From Bigelowiella natans CCMP2755 (Eukaryota; Protista; Cercozoa): 64,000 nucleotides of DNA. Shown one piece after another: positions 1-14,488 of this stretch (position 1 is the stretch's first letter; each line of letters starts with the position of its first letter). The position numbers were made by a program, and so were the translations under genes. Location of the stretch: assembly GCA_000320545.1 (NCBI GenBank), contig ADNK01001866.1, positions 5,201-69,200 of the forward strand, given 5' to 3'. Below the pieces are notes generated by a model. It had not been told where the DNA came from. It searched no databases and saw only the letters and a list, made by a program, of their open reading frames with translations.

Positions 1-565
1 TGCAAGCGCGAAAAGCTGGGATGCGAGTAAGCGTCAGGTCATCGCCATAGCGGAGAAGGTGGAACCTGGCCAGTACGTTGTCGTGCTCTCATGCGAGATC
101 AATCCAGACAAGGTATGTCAGCCCCTATGCTCGCCTCGTGTGATCTTGGTTGCTTTTCGTTTTAATGCTTACATGTTCGTGGGGGAGGGGGGGGGGTGGT
201 TTGTTTATAGCAATCGCGTTGTTCGAATCGATTTCATGTGTTTTTTCTTAACCGTCTTGCGATTAGATCACCATCTCTGAGTGCGGAGTCTCGGAACTGA
301 ATGGCACGTATACACCAAAGCCTAGATATCACATGACCTTTGAGAAAAAAGGAGGGGCTACATTCAAGAATTTACATTACGGGGACGGAACTCGAAGGAC
401 GAGTATTAATGTTGGCGATGACAACCATTTCCATGGCAAAGACTACATCGCTGGTGGATTCAACACAGAGTAATATTCCCCCCCCCCCCCCATGTGTATC
501 CTGAGGGACGAATTGGATGTCTTGAGACACGTGCACAACATATAATATATAACAAAATATAATAC

Positions 566-608
<43 letters not shown>

Positions 609-627
609 CACACACACATATTTGCGC

Positions 628-662
<35 letters not shown>

Positions 663-935
663 TGTGTACGCAGTTTGCGAACTTTAAGTTCTTATTCTTC
701 TTATCTCATCGCAATCATCACTTGTCACAGATGGAAGGGAGTAGCAGCTGAGCCAAAGATCGAATACGACATCACCGAGAGAGCTTTCACGTATGTGATC
801 TACTGTAATGAAGAAGACGCATTGGAGACTTCCGATTCCGATTATGACCTGAAAAAAATTGATAAGCATGTGGCCGCAGCGAGGAAGGATTACGTCGAAA
901 AATGCAAACTGATGCTGACTACAGATAATGTATAA
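1..935 (+). CDS. 3' part of a spliced gene, unknown protein (5' end outside window)
   Basis: Exons about 2-111, 266-469 and 731-935 join in frame across GT-AG introns (...EINPDK|ITISECGVSELNGTY...FNTE|WKGVAAEPKIEY...TTDNV*). No family recognised with confidence. Confidence 0.65.
568..663. repeat. Compound intronic microsatellite (TA)n/(CA)n/(GCGT)n, representative of dozens of SSRs in the window
   Basis: Directly visible. Similar (TA)n, (CA)n, (GA)n, (GAT)n, (TAG)n, (CAG)n and (GTT)n tracts recur throughout. Confidence 0.95.
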
Positions 936-1256
936 ACATATGTCTGTACACACACTAGAGCCCAAGTACCTTAGATATAGAAACTAAATATAATATACTG
1001 CATGGGTCTCTAGTACACATGCACGCTACATGCATATGTAATCGCACATACGTTGTGTCGAATAACAAATTTCTTCATATGGTCGCAGTGTATTGCGTGC
1101 AATGGCAGTAATGCACGCGCATAGCCGCGTGTATGACGCACATTTACTAGTCAATAAATGGGATGCGTTGCGATGGAAACATATGCATGCAAGCATGCAT
1201 GATGAAGCGACTGAAGTCAGTTTTTTCAATAATTATTAGCAGAGCCCCTGAACTTG

Positions 1257-1355
1257 TATGTGGGACGGATGTTTGTGATGAAGTGATTAAACATTTCAAT
1301 AGTTAGTTATATATCCTAATAATGTAACTGTGCAAAGCAGTGGCTACAGCGCTAG
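1257..1355 (-). repeat. Short dispersed repeat, copy 1
   Basis: The reverse complement contains CTAGCGCTG..CACTGCTTTGCACAGTT..ATTGAAATG..ATCACTTCAT..ACATCCGTCCCACA, shared with 26415-26492, 14282-14336 and 22501-22556. Confidence 0.7.
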
Positions 1356-2688
1356 AGCGCTTCGTTGAGTTGCATGTGTCTATTTATCACTGCTGTAATG
1401 TGCTTCATGAATTTCAAAGCATCTATGCTCTGCCATCAATGTCGCGCAGGGTGTGCGCAGCGGTCCGCGCCAGCTGTAGTCAGGTGTGTGATGAGTAGGT
1501 TCAGGTGTGTGATGTGATGACCAAAAATATTGCATTACATGACCTCAAATGCATGGCACAGACAATTCAACACCGCTATTTGAGATGGGTAGGGACAGCA
1601 AAAAACCTGTTAAATTGAGGCGGCGAACACAAGCTCGTGACAACATCATGACAATTTGACATTTTGTCGTATTCGTGAGTGCACTGTTGTGAGTTTAAAA
1701 CATGTGCTGTCGACACTGCATTGCATTGTAGCATGCAGCAGTGTGTGTTCTAAACACACATTGTCAACAATGCAATGTGCATAGCTGTTGACAATGTGTG
1801 ATTCTTGCAAACACTGTCTGTTTGAAATCATCAGCATGCACCTACAAAAATGTGCTTTGATGAATTGATTGATTTCAAAACACACATCGTGTGAACATGA
1901 GTCACATTGTCATTGACATCATGAGTGCAAGTCACATTGTCGTTGACACATTGCTACTCAGCAGAGACAATTCAAATGCATTGTTGACAACATCGGGGAT
2001 TTTGCTTGCGTGCGACAACATGGTCTCCATGACTCATAGTGACTAGCACCATGATCATGTTGCAATTTACCGAATTGACAAATTGCCAAAGACACATGGT
2101 GTTGGAAAGAAACTGAATCCATTTCGATGCTGAAGCACATGCACACATGCAGCCCGGCGTCATTGCAGCTGGGGCATCTCTGCTGCATGCTAGCATGCTA
2201 GCATGGCTAGCTAGCTAGCTGGGCATGCAATCTAGCAATCTAGATCGAATGTCTGCAAGCAGACAGATGTCTGGACCCGCTACCCGCACGTACTGTGGTG
2301 GATGCAACGTGCGCACATCTAGACATCATGCTAGCATGAATGGCACAACTATGCTGCTAGCTAGCTAGATAGAGCAACGCCCGATCTCTTCATTTTCGAG
2401 CATCGCATCGCATGTTCTCGCAGCATGCAATGTAACGCACATCTAGATGTGTCATGCCAATGGCAATCATGTTGTCGTCTAATAATAATCATATGAGAAT
2501 GCGTGTGCTCATACCTGCGACATAATCAATTAGCTACTGATTATCTACGTTTTATTAGTATTGACATTTGCTATTCCTCACTTAATATTATGTCATATTG
2601 TCTCCATAAGGTGCATGTATAATGTGTATGTACAACTGAATTGTGTAGGTCAGCAAAATTCCATCATCCTACATTTCTACAACATTGA

Positions 2689-2774
2689 TCATCTCAATGG
2701 TCTGCAAAGATCGATCCAAAGGCGATATAGTTTGTGATGGCTAGGGAGAGCGATTTAAGAAACCTGATGAGGAC

Positions 2775-2816
<42 letters not shown>

Positions 2817-2901
2817 AGCCCTTCTTGATGACTAGATGATGATTATGTGGTGCACGCATACATGTACAGATGACGTCAATGATGTAAACACCTTAATGGA
2901 T

Positions 2902-2962
<61 letters not shown>

Positions 2963-3084
2963 GAAAATAGCATGTGCAATGTTCTCTCCCACGAACACCG
3001 AAAGCACACTAAGTCTGACCTTTGAAGAATGGGCTTTGCTTCATCGGTCATCTGTAGAAGTTGTTGAATGAATTTGAACTTGTG

Positions 3085-3127
<43 letters not shown>

Positions 3128-3354
3128 TATACATATCTATAAACCATATGAATATACACAATATCATACCTTCATCGTATTCATTTTGCGGATCTCAAAA
3201 TTCTTCCATACAGCTTCTTCTGTGCCACATTATAGAAGAAAGATACGATCGTCGCCCGCAAAGAAGAGAACGGAGTTAGAAGAGCCAGAGAGTGAAACAA
3301 CAAAGACCGTCAGTGGAGATGAAGAAGAAACCCGACACAACATAACTATTCCGT

Positions 3355-3391
<37 letters not shown>

Positions 3392-4042
3392 ACACATCAC
3401 ACTTGCCAACACCTTGGTTGTTGCCCTTCCGCGGAGATGATGAGGATGGCGATGGTGATGACGTCCACTCTAAAATATAGTGACATAAATACCCATCAAT
3501 CAATCAATAACGACATTTAGCAGCTGTCTGTTTACGACGAAACAGGTGTAAAAAACGAACGAATTTATGTGTAAGCAATCCCTGAAGTGTACTCAAAACA
3601 TCGATACGTTCGCCCATATGAAATCATAACTTGCACTAACATTTAACACAAAGCGATTCAAAACCGCTGCTCTTCATTTCCTTTCTCGTTTTCCTTCTTA
3701 TTACCGTCGACGACGCAATCCACAATTGTGCCTCCCACCCTCAGCGAAAAGCCCCTGTATTCGCTTCCGAGCGAGGATGAGGAGGAGGATGATGATGATG
3801 ACTCGTGCTCTCTTTTCAGTGGCGTGGTAGTTATTCGCATATCTACGCTCTCCGCAATATGTGCAGCCTGAGCAGGACGAACGGTAGTTCAGGCATCGTC
3901 GTGTGTTTGCGTGAGTGCGTGTAGTAGATAGAGTGAATACTTCTCGATGCTAATCATAATAGTACCTCGACTTTGGCCCACCGAACAACCTGCGATACCA
4001 GCCACGCAACAACGCGACGGGGGAGGAATTAGGAAGTAAAAC

Positions 4043-4074
<32 letters not shown>

Positions 4075-5157
4075 AAGATAGATCAACTACGGGTCAGGGG
4101 ACAAGGCTTGAAGTATATTGTAATATGTAATATTATGTATTCAATAATGAGTAAAATAGAATAAATGAATGAACAAACAAGTATGTTGTGTCAATGCTTT
4201 CATGCGTGCCCCCCCCTCTTCCCATCTGCTTCTTCTTCTTCTTCTTCTTCTTCTTCTTCTTCTCATTCTCCTCATCCTCCTCCAATGAAGTGAAGAGAAG
4301 AAAACACAGCATACTACCTGATTAAGGAAATCCGTTCTAGAAACATGGCTAGGAATCTGAAAAAAGGCAAGCATATGATGGTATGTATCATTATAGCGAC
4401 GAGAAACAACAATAACAACGCCAACGCGAAGAGAAGAGGACGAGGGGGACAAGGAGGATGGAGGGGTGATAGGTAGGTAGGTTATGAGCATTTAGGAGTC
4501 GTTGTGCAGGGATAGGACGTGCGTACATAATACCACACATTTGCTTGTGGTTGCAACTCCTTCCATGTACCCTCCATCAACGTTATCATCATCATCATCG
4601 TCATCATCACCGACTCCCCTTGCCCGTCTACACAGATCTCGTTCCAAAGGCTATTATTATTATTACTACTACTACTACTACTGCTACTACCTCTATTCTA
4701 CTGAGAACGGTGAAAGCTGCGATGTTGTTTTGACCGTTGTCTCTGAAGCCTGTGCCCTCCTTACCCCCACCCCCTGGGAACGTTGCTGCCTGCTTCCCTA
4801 TTATTCCACGGGGAGGGGGTCCAGAGAACGGGTTGTAGATAGCACCGCTGCTCTTCTCACCGTATCTACGCAGAATCGTAAAAAAACGGTCAGAAGAATA
4901 TGTAGTATGTATATGTGAGTGTAGATATTTTGTTTTTGTCGCCGTTGTGTGTTTTGTTCTCTTGTTATTCTTCGTTCTCCCTCTCGTGTCGTTGCTCTCC
5001 TCCTCCTCTCCTCCTCCTCCTCCTTCTCCTTTCTTTCTTTCTTTCTCACTCTCCTCCTCCTCCTCCATAGGCAATGCTGTCGTCATGATCGTAAAACCCA
5101 TGTTCCTTGGCCATCTGCTGTGTGAATGATGGAGTGTGGCGAATACCGGCAACAGGG

Positions 5158-5195
<38 letters not shown>

Positions 5196-6865
5196 ATGCT
5201 GCTGCTGCTGCTGCTCTTGCTGCTGCAGTGAAAGGGATGATGATGATGATAATGAAGAAGAAGAAGAAGAAAAGTCCGTGCTTCCTTCCTCAAAACCCTG
5301 TTCAATCTCATCAAAATCTTCTCGATTTGCTGCTGAGACTTTATCATTGCCCGGGGGCGGAGAGGGTGCGGATGATGATGCCGTTGTTGTTGTTGCTGCT
5401 GCTGCTGCAACCACGTCGCCTCTCCATCTGTCACTGCCGCTTGTTGTTGTTGTTGTTGTTGTTTCCTCCCTCTGCTTGTCTTGCTCGAGCTCCTCTCTCT
5501 TCTTCCGTATCATCTTCTCCTCCATCCGAGTCTCCAGCTCTAGGTTGGAGAGCAGCGCGTTGTACGCTCGCTTGGGGTAGTGGTAGTTCCTGAGCCCGTT
5601 TCCCAGTTGTGCCGAGGAGGCCATCACCTCCACCACCTCAGCGTGCATGTTTTTCGAGAGAAGTTCCTTCAGGAGCAGGCTAATCGCTCGCTGCGAGGGT
5701 GCCTTTTGTGCTCGCTGCATAGTCCTGAGGAGACGAAGCGCACGTGAAACGTCTCCAAGGAGGCATGACGCCTCGATGACTTGGGAGTATATCTGAGCGG
5801 AGGGGATCACATCGCGGCCGCGCAGCTCGTCGTAGGCTTTGAGGGACTCGAGGTGCTGCCCAGCGGCATTCATCACGCGCAGAAACGTGTGGTACCTAGC
5901 AGTAGCAGCCGCAACAGCATCGTTCGTAGCAGCGTAGGGGGGGGGGGGGGGGAGGGGGAGGGGTTAAATGACTTTGAACGGATTGATGCTGTTCGTGTGG
6001 GAATGAAATCATCATCAATCGTCCCTATACATCGCCACGAATCAACAACAAGAAGAAGAAGAAACAGCAAGAAGAAGAAGAAGAAGAAGAAGAAGAAGAA
6101 GAAGGAGAGGTGCTACTGAAATGATTCGAACTACTACTACTATCACTATTACAACTACTACTAGTAGTAGTAGCAGCACTAGAAGTACGTTTTGACTGAA
6201 GGCTGTATATCCTGATTGCTCGGTTCCCTGTCCGCTGCCTCCTTGAGCTCGCCCAGAAACTCCAGCGCTTTACCCCAATTCCTTGTCTTGAGGCAGCTCC
6301 CAATCGCGGCGGTGAAGGTCCGGACGTCTGGGGCGACAGCCTTTGGGTTCTCCCCCTTTGCCTTCTTCATGTCTTCTAGAAGTCGTTCTGCCTCCTGACA
6401 CAGCCCCGTGCGCAGGTACCCTGACATCAGAGCGTTATAAGCGTAGATACCTGGGCATGACCCCTCCCCCCCCTCCTCATCCATCATTCTCTGGAACATC
6501 CTGTGCGCCGCATCCATGTCCTTGAGCCGCGCCGCTGCTGATATGAGGGACACGAAGCTGACGCGATTTGGTTTGGTTTCAGGGTGGGGGGACGCCGCCA
6601 TCTCTTCCAGCAGCCGCTGAGCTTCGGCCATGGTTGGTACTGCGTGCAGGAGGGGGTTGTATGCGCGGGTGGTGGGCACTATCGGTGGCAGAGAAGAAGA
6701 AGAAGAAGAAGAAGAAGATGATGATCGGGATTTCATTCGCTCTAGGACCGAGAGAGCCTAATGATAATTGCAGGAGGAGGAGGAGGAGGAGGAGGAGGAG
6801 GAGGAGGAGGAAGACCGAGAATGATGAGTCAAAAAATAAGATTTTTTCCTTCAGCTTATATTGTG

Positions 6866-6900
<35 letters not shown>

Positions 6901-7680
6901 GCATAGCTATGCAAACAACAACAACACCAACAATAACAACCACAACGACGACTGGTATTATATCTATCAACTCTTCTCCCTTCTAACCCCTACTACTACT
7001 ACCACTACCACTACCACTACCACTACTACTACTACAATATATGTATATATTGTGCATGCATTACAACCTGCTCGTAGCCGTAGCCAATACCACTCGAATC
7101 AGGGAAGAACTCCTCCTCATCACCAGGCTTCACGCCCTTACTATTTCCCCCCTCCTCTTCCTCTTGCTCCTTGCTGACAGCTGCTGCTCTCCGTTGTCGT
7201 CGTCGTTGACCGGCCTCCCCACGCGCACAGGCTGCGATGGTGGAAGAGAAGGCAAATTCGTCCAGCGGGAGCTCTTTGCGCTCTGCGACATCCAGAACCT
7301 CCAGGGCTACGCGGGGGGTTCTGGTTCTGACACTCGAGGCGAGCAAGGAGTGAATCACACGAAGAATGGCTGCAGAGGAGGAGGAGGAAAAGGCCTCTCT
7401 AGCCTCCCCTTCTCCCTTTTGCTCGTATTCATCCTCCTTGGCCCCGCTACGGCTGCCGCCGTCGCTATCGTCGTTGTCGTATGTGACCTTGAAGAGCATT
7501 AGCGCCTCAACCGATTGGTCGTTGGCCGACAGGCAAGAAATCATGGCGTTGGAGAGCATGAGACCGGGGGGCGTTTCGAGCTGCTTAAAGACGCGTAAGG
7601 CCAAGGCCCAGTGGTTGGTGCGCAGTGCTGCGGTCAGGGCAAGCTTCCTTACCTTTGATGATATGTAGTAGTAGTAGTAA

Positions 7681-7712
<32 letters not shown>

Positions 7713-9060
7713 AGTACTAGTAGTTAGTATTGGTAATTCTTGATATGCTTAGGCAGTTGCAGCACTTAAAAGACAGATCCTCGTATTTTCTACTACTGCT
7801 ACATATGATGATTAAAACTACTCTCTGCCTCGTGAGTAGGAGGTGTTTCAACACCACCACTGCCACCAACCTCTCTCGCTCCCACCATCTATCTATCCAC
7901 ATCAATCAATCAATCAATCAAACAGACAATCACCTTTGAAGAAGCAGGGGTGGCGACAAGGGATACGTTGTTTTGCTCTGCAGCTTCCCAAGCGTCGACG
8001 ACTTGCGGGTGGCATAAGGACTTTCCGAAACCCTTGATCAAAGCCTCGTACACAATGCTCGTCGCCCTGACGTCGTTGTCGTTTTCCATCATATCCATCA
8101 CCTGTCAATACGACGATGACGACGAAAAGAACGATGAGGATGAGGGGGGAGGTATGCGTGGCTGCGGATCATTGGAGAATTGCTGCTCTGTAGGAGCATG
8201 GTGTATATCTCGTACATTGTGTATGTGTTTGTGTGTTTGTGCGTGTGTGTGTGCGCGCGTTGTTGTATTGTGCTAAGCTGGGGGAGGGGGTAATCAGGGT
8301 TATGGGGCAGGAAAATACGGATGGTGATGGCTACCACCTTGTCGACGCTTCGAGAGTAATTAGATGCGGCGAGAATGCGGAGTGCGTGTGCATATGTCTT
8401 CTCGTCGCATGGAACTCGCATCGCCTCCATCTGAGATAGAGTGGGGAGCACCTTCTCGGGGTCGTCCGCAGTGAGAATCATGGCGTTGTAGACAGCAGTT
8501 GTAGGCCGCACTAAATCGCGGCCCATTGAGGCGAAGATCTCCGTCGCACGCGCACGCCCTTCTGCGCCGCCTAAATTGTTGGGTACAAGTGGTGACGAGG
8601 ATGATGATGAAGGCGATAAAGAGGAATGATATGCCTGTATGCATGCATACATGCATTTGTGCGTGTGTGTGAATTGATAGTGAAGAGGATTGCTGAAAAA
8701 TATATGATTTGGAAATGGAAAAGGGGGGGGGGGGATATAGAGAGGCAAAAATATATAGCCTGTAGGTGGCCAAATGATAATATTTTTTTGGTTGTCGTCA
8801 TTTTCTTCACCCACCATAGCGGCAGCAGCGTATGATGCTCCCATATGTCTGGGGATAGGGCGCTGCGGCTGACGACCCGCCCTCGTTCCGCATACGTAAC
8901 CATAGCTTGAGAGAAGACTCCCAATCGCGATTTGCTTCATACACCTAATAAGGTAGTATCAACCTTTAAATATCAATTCGTAAATATTGATGGAAACAGA
9001 ATAGACAGGCAGTCCGGAGGATAATAATACTTAGAGAAACCTTCATGTGGTATTCAACAG

Positions 9061-9112
<52 letters not shown>

Positions 9113-10022
9113 ACATCTAGACAACCCGGCTGAGTGCGTCGTAGGAATCCATTGTAGGCCGGACACCATGCTCCTCCATAAGCGCAATGACCTTCTCCGC
9201 CTCACTGCTCGGCCCTCCTCGTCTTTGAAAGGACTCGATCAAACTTGTGTACATAGAGGCTGGCAACAGGCCCTTCCTACTACTACTACTACTACTGATG
9301 CTGCTTCCCCCTTTCTCACCCCCCCTTCTTAATTGTTGCTGTTGTTGAAATGCTAACAGCTTCTCGAACTGCTGAAGGGCTCGTTGCCACTGACCGATCT
9401 TGCAGAACCCCTGAAATTCTAGCTCAAGCTGTCTTCTGGCTGCTACACCGCCCCCACCTCGGGAGAAAGCTAACGAGGAATATCGCCCATCAGCAGCACC
9501 GCCACTACGACTACCACCACCATCTCCGCTACTACTACTGCTACTGCCTCTGCGGATCTTCGATGACGATGACGATGACGAAACTAGCGATGATGCAGAA
9601 GGTCTATCTTCGACGCTACTGCTGCGGGCCAACAGGTTGTGACGGTTCTTTCTTCCAGCTCTACCGTCCATAACCTCCCTCGGTGAGCATAGGTGTAATG
9701 ATCTAGAAGATGAGCATGGAACAATCGGAAAGGCGCTCAAGCGGTGCTGACGGTTTCTCTGTATCCGTCTTCCAAGGTGAACCCTACAGCCTACCTCGTA
9801 AGCAGCAGCAGCAGCCATCATCGTCCTACCGGGGGAGGACCCTACTATACTTTGGTGCTCCCCCACTTGGCGGCGGGAGATTAATCGGGCTCTTGTACTG
9901 AATGCTGCCTTCAGTGCAGTAGCACCACTACTATTACTTGGAATGGAGGCTAAAAGCATAGCTATTGTCATGCCGACTCTAACAATGTCTATTGAACATC
10001 CTCTGCTCCTAGCTGCTAACAT
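2689..10022 (-). CDS. Large multi-exon pentatricopeptide-repeat (PPR) protein, probable plastid-targeting leader, non-PPR C-terminal domain
   Basis: Many P-type PPR motifs in exon ORFs: SMYTSLIESF, TAVYNAMIL, SIVYEALIKGFGK, EFAFSSTIAACAR, TRAYNPLLHA, RVSFVSLISAAAR, IYAYNALMSGYLR, VRTFTAAIGSCLK, AQIYSQVIEASC. The N-terminus has a hydrophobic stretch followed by an R/S-rich segment. Small 3' exons splice in phase to a TGA at 2689-2691; the 3' end is less certain than the PPR call. Confidence 0.85.
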
Positions 10023-11132
10023 TTTGAATCAGCCGGAGGAGGAGGAGGAGGAGTAACTACTATTGGGGATCCGCAATATCGTGATGCTCACGGTCCCAAA
10101 ATATCCACCACAGACTCACTATTTCTCTTTTTAGTTGCCTGATATAAAAAGCTCCGTTCAGTTCACATCATCCGGACCCGAAAACACACAAAACCACCTC
10201 ATTATTCCGATTTGGAAAATCTACTAAAACTAATGTTTTGTGCCTTGGTAAAGGAACAAGCTAGATCATTGTGTGATAAGATTGTTTTGATAAATCCTGC
10301 AGAGAGGTCAAGAAGCCAACTAGTCGCGTAATAAAACGAATATTGTTGATCTGAACTAGCAGCGAGTTCATGTCGGTGTTGGTATGCATCATAAAAAGAG
10401 GCAGATAGCTCGAACGAACGCTAAATCAGGTAAGATCACCAGCACCAACTCACAACTCTTACCTTTATAAAGAATCATTCGACTGGAGTGTCTTCTACCA
10501 CGGTGCACGGAGAAGAAAAAATGTTTCCTTCTGGGTACGGGAGGGGACAGGTTAACACGGGTATGTGTTGATACTACCACCAAATTGTACGTGCGGCTTG
10601 TACGAATTGATGTCGCAGGCAGTTATCACCCTCCGCTTATCGTACGGTCCCTTTAAAGGTGCCGATCTGGGAGATCTTACGGAGATCACCTCTCAACGCC
10701 ACGAAGTAGAAATTACGGAACTATTTCTAGCTTTTGATTTTGTTGTGAGTTGTTTCCAGAAGAAGAGAGGGAGAGAGCTAGATCTAGGATAAAATTCGCA
10801 GCATGTTCTGGCGCACATGGATAAAGAAAGGCAGTGGTGGAAGTGGTTGTGCATGTAGTGGACAGAAAAGAAGCAACCACTACCAAGACCAAATAATTAT
10901 GCGATGATGATGACGATGATGCGAATCGAGGAAATATCCTGTGAAAGGAGGATGTCGCATCGGAGAAATCCCTCTTCATCCAGAGGGGATTGGCTACGGT
11001 GATGTCACCGGCTACAGGAGAGGGATGATTTTCGAAATATAGCGACAAATTCGTTGTCGTCAATGCAAAATACAGAAGATCCTTACGAATATCCTCATTT
11101 TCCAAGAAATTGATCTGGCAGGAAACAGTGAG

Positions 11133-12500
11133 ATGGCTACCGATGCGAGCGATGATGAGAAGGTTCCCCACCCTCCTTCCCTCCCGCCAATCGCCCAGAT
11201 TTTATCGCATGCCTCTTTAGACAATGATAATTCTTGGAATTGTTATGCGTGGCATTGTGCAGTAGCTTATGAGAGAGGAGAATGTGGTTGTGGTAGTAGC
11301 GATAAATCATACAAATTAGCTGGTTACGCGCCATGCTGCTGTGAGTGAAGCGAATACACCAAATTTGTCCTAGAAAGTGGTCATTTTTACAACCAAGTCA
11401 ATTATCCAATGCGGAAGTACACCCACCCGTGTTGGGTTACGGTATGCGGTGGCGCTGTAGCTGGGCCGGAGATCGATCGTCTGTTTTCTTATCGGAGACG
11501 ACTATGATGATGATGATGATGATGATGATGACGATGAACACCCAACTTAGCCTTGCGGTGAGATTGTAGATGATACAGTATGTTACAGTTGCGTAGTAGT
11601 GGTGGTGGTAGAAGCAGTAGTAGTAGTATTAACACGATTGACCTGCGAATCAGGTGAGCTTGATGGGGCGAATCAGCAGCGCCATTGCAAGCCAAACCGT
11701 TGACCGAATTAAGGCTGAGGGAAGTAAAGTTGCAGAGATGATAACGAAGGGCCCTATGTCTCTCACTGCCATGTGTCTCCTTGGTACGTTGCGAAATTGC
11801 TCACGAATAATGGGAAAAGTTTTTTCTAAACACTCTTTCTTCACACCTTGCAAACAGGAGGCCTCCTTACGACGCTGTCTGGGTTCTTTGGCATGCTGAA
11901 TATATTATCTCCCCTCGATATTCTCCCATCGGTACGGACACCATCCAAGAGAGGGTGGATGCGCAGCATATATTGCATGAATAACACCCCATCATCATCA
12001 TCATCATCATCATCATCGTCATTAATTACTTAGGTGTACAACTTCGTGTTTGGGCTTCTGATGATATTCTTGGAGGTGCACCACAAGATTGGTTATCTTG
12101 GCTTCTTGTATCGAAAGATTGAGTACTGGTAATAATGAGAAGAAACTTATGTGGAAAAGATAAGAAGGGCGACTTGCAAGGATAAGGGAGTGTGGAGGGG
12201 AGATAGATTGAATTAATTAAGGTGTTGGTGTTTCCATTGGCGGGATCCTTAACATTTGGTATCCCCTCTCTCCGGCTTGCATTAATCTTCCGTGTTTCGT
12301 TGTTCCTGAATCCTCCTTCTGCCCTTTGACAGACATCATCATATTTCAAACACATAATGCATATTGCTCACTGTGCAGGATGCGAATTCTGACGACCCTG
12401 ACAGGTCGTAGCCTGTTTTATTTCTACGTGGGCAGCTTGTTCTTGTCGAGATGGACCTTCTTCGGCATTCTCCTTGGAATGTAATATATGTTATATGTCA

Positions 12501-12539
<39 letters not shown>

Positions 12540-13486
12540 AACAATGAATATACTACCACAACTATCTTTGTTTTCTCAGCATTCCTTGTTGTCTTTCTGC
12601 ACAACCATCAATCCACATTTCTATTCCCCCCCCTCCCAAAACAAATAGGTACATGTGCACGTGTGGAGTGTTCTCGCTCGCCGTTGGTCATGCCACTGCT
12701 AAAAAGTTGGAGGAGTCGCAGACGGAGCTCACGGATATGGAGTCTGGGTATTATGATGATAATGATCATGATGATGATGATGATGATGATGATGATTCAT
12801 TGCTGATTGTAGTGACTAGGGCTATGGGGGGGGGGGAATGTGTGACCGTAGTAGAGGGGCAGGATGCAGGGTTTCTCCTGAGAGGTCGTTCCATCATGCA
12901 ATGCATTTCCCCTCTCCCCCCCCCCCCCTGCTGCTCATCAGGGAGAAGGTCGAGTTCATCAAGAAGAAGTTTAACGAGTATGACCATGATGGTTCGGGAG
13001 TGATTGACGCCGTTGAGATGCCAAGGTGCCTGTTTGCATAAATACAGGGATTGATGATGAAGATGAGGATGATGAGGATGATGATGATGACGATAATGCA
13101 TAAGAGAGAACCACCGCTGTACTGTGCAAGCCTCCGCCTTTTAATGTGGCCGTTGTCGTCTCCTCCTCCTCCTCCTCCTCTTACGGATCCATACTTGATC
13201 ACCCATGCATAGCATACCGCACCGAATGCAAGCTGAATACATGTGTATCTTTTTCAGTGTGCTTCTATATGTGTGTGTGTGTGTGTGGGTGTGTGTGTGT
13301 TCGTGAATCAACTTTGACTACTGTCCTTCTGCTGCTCTATAAAGCCTATTAAAGGGGCTAGGCATAGAACTGAACGAGCCAGAAATTGAGTCCGCGCTGT
13401 TGATTCTCGACACCAACGGAACTGGAAAGATTGAGTATGACGAATTCAAGAGCTGGCTAATGGGTCGGGACTTGAACTTCGTGTAG
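11133..13486 (+). CDS. COPI-associated (Tvp15-like) membrane domain fused to a C-terminal EF-hand pair
   Basis: Spliced exons give VYNFVFGLLMIFLE and MRILTTLTGRSLFYFYVGSL (a Tvp15/COPI_assoc-like F-L-G-R-F-Y-F-G pattern), then EF loops DHDGSGVIDAVE and DTNGTGKIEYDE. Stop TAG at 13484-13486. The start ATG at 11133 is tentative. Confidence 0.75.
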
Positions 13487-14281
13487 GAGGAATCCTCGTC
13501 ACTTGAGGACAGTAGAAGATGAAGTAAAACAACAACAATAACAACAACAACACATCAATAACTACTGCATATGCATCTAGCCAGGGGCAAAATCAAGTGC
13601 ATATGCGCACAGTGTTCCGATCGAGCCAGGCCTAGAATTTTAAGTCTAGATGTTAAACACCTTACTACTAAGCTGCTGCCCTGTCTATATAGATCTAGAA
13701 GTGTTGTACATGGACCAGCGGTTATAACAGCATTGATCACTAGTGAAATAATATGTCACACTCGCAAGCATGCAAGTCTAGAACTAGAGAAGTGTGCGCA
13801 TGTTGTCGACAGTACGTGCATCGCATTGCAACAGCACTGCGTACATACAGTGGCACTAGCTAGCTAGTTAGACTAGCTGCATCGCAAGACTGCTGCGATG
13901 CAGCTTCGATCCGCAATGCGATGACCGCATGCACTAGTACGTACGGCTAGATGGCACACGCGCATGCATGTCATTGCATCATCTTGCAAGCTAGAAAGGT
14001 GATGCCACATACGCTTTCAATCTAGCTTTGTTGCGCATGCGCGCCTGCTTGCGCGATCGTACACACGCATGCTACACTATCACAGTACAGGTTGGTCATC
14101 ACCACATCGCGTTTGAAAGCATGCATGCATTCACACGCATTGATCGCGCAATACAACAGCAACCCTTTTCTTTGGCTTGTCGTAGCCACATACATCATCG
14201 ATCTGTGTGTGTATATTTGTGTGTGTGTGTGTGTGAGTGTGAGTACATGATAGAATGTGTAGATGTTGCCGCAGCCTTGCT

Positions 14282-14336
14282 TAGCTACATTAGAGTTAAC
14301 ATTGAAACTTTTAATTTGTTCATTACATCCGTCTCA
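14282..14336 (+). repeat. Short dispersed repeat, copy 2
   Basis: TAGCTACATTAG...CATTGAAA...TTCATTACATCCGTCTCA, matching 22501-22556. Confidence 0.75.
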
Positions 14337-14488
14337 CATGCATTAATTTTGTCATCACAAAGTCGCAGGCTACCATGAAGGCCCTGATCATCATGTACTT
14401 GTCACCCATGAATCACATTGACCCATGCAGGATAACAGAGCTGTTTTTTGGCCAATAAAATTCGCTCTTTTTAAACCGTTTTGAGAAA

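Noticed and set aside
2-111. Calpain domain III-like phrase RQVIAIAEKVEPGQYVVVLS
   Set aside because: Too short and truncated by the window edge to support a family call.
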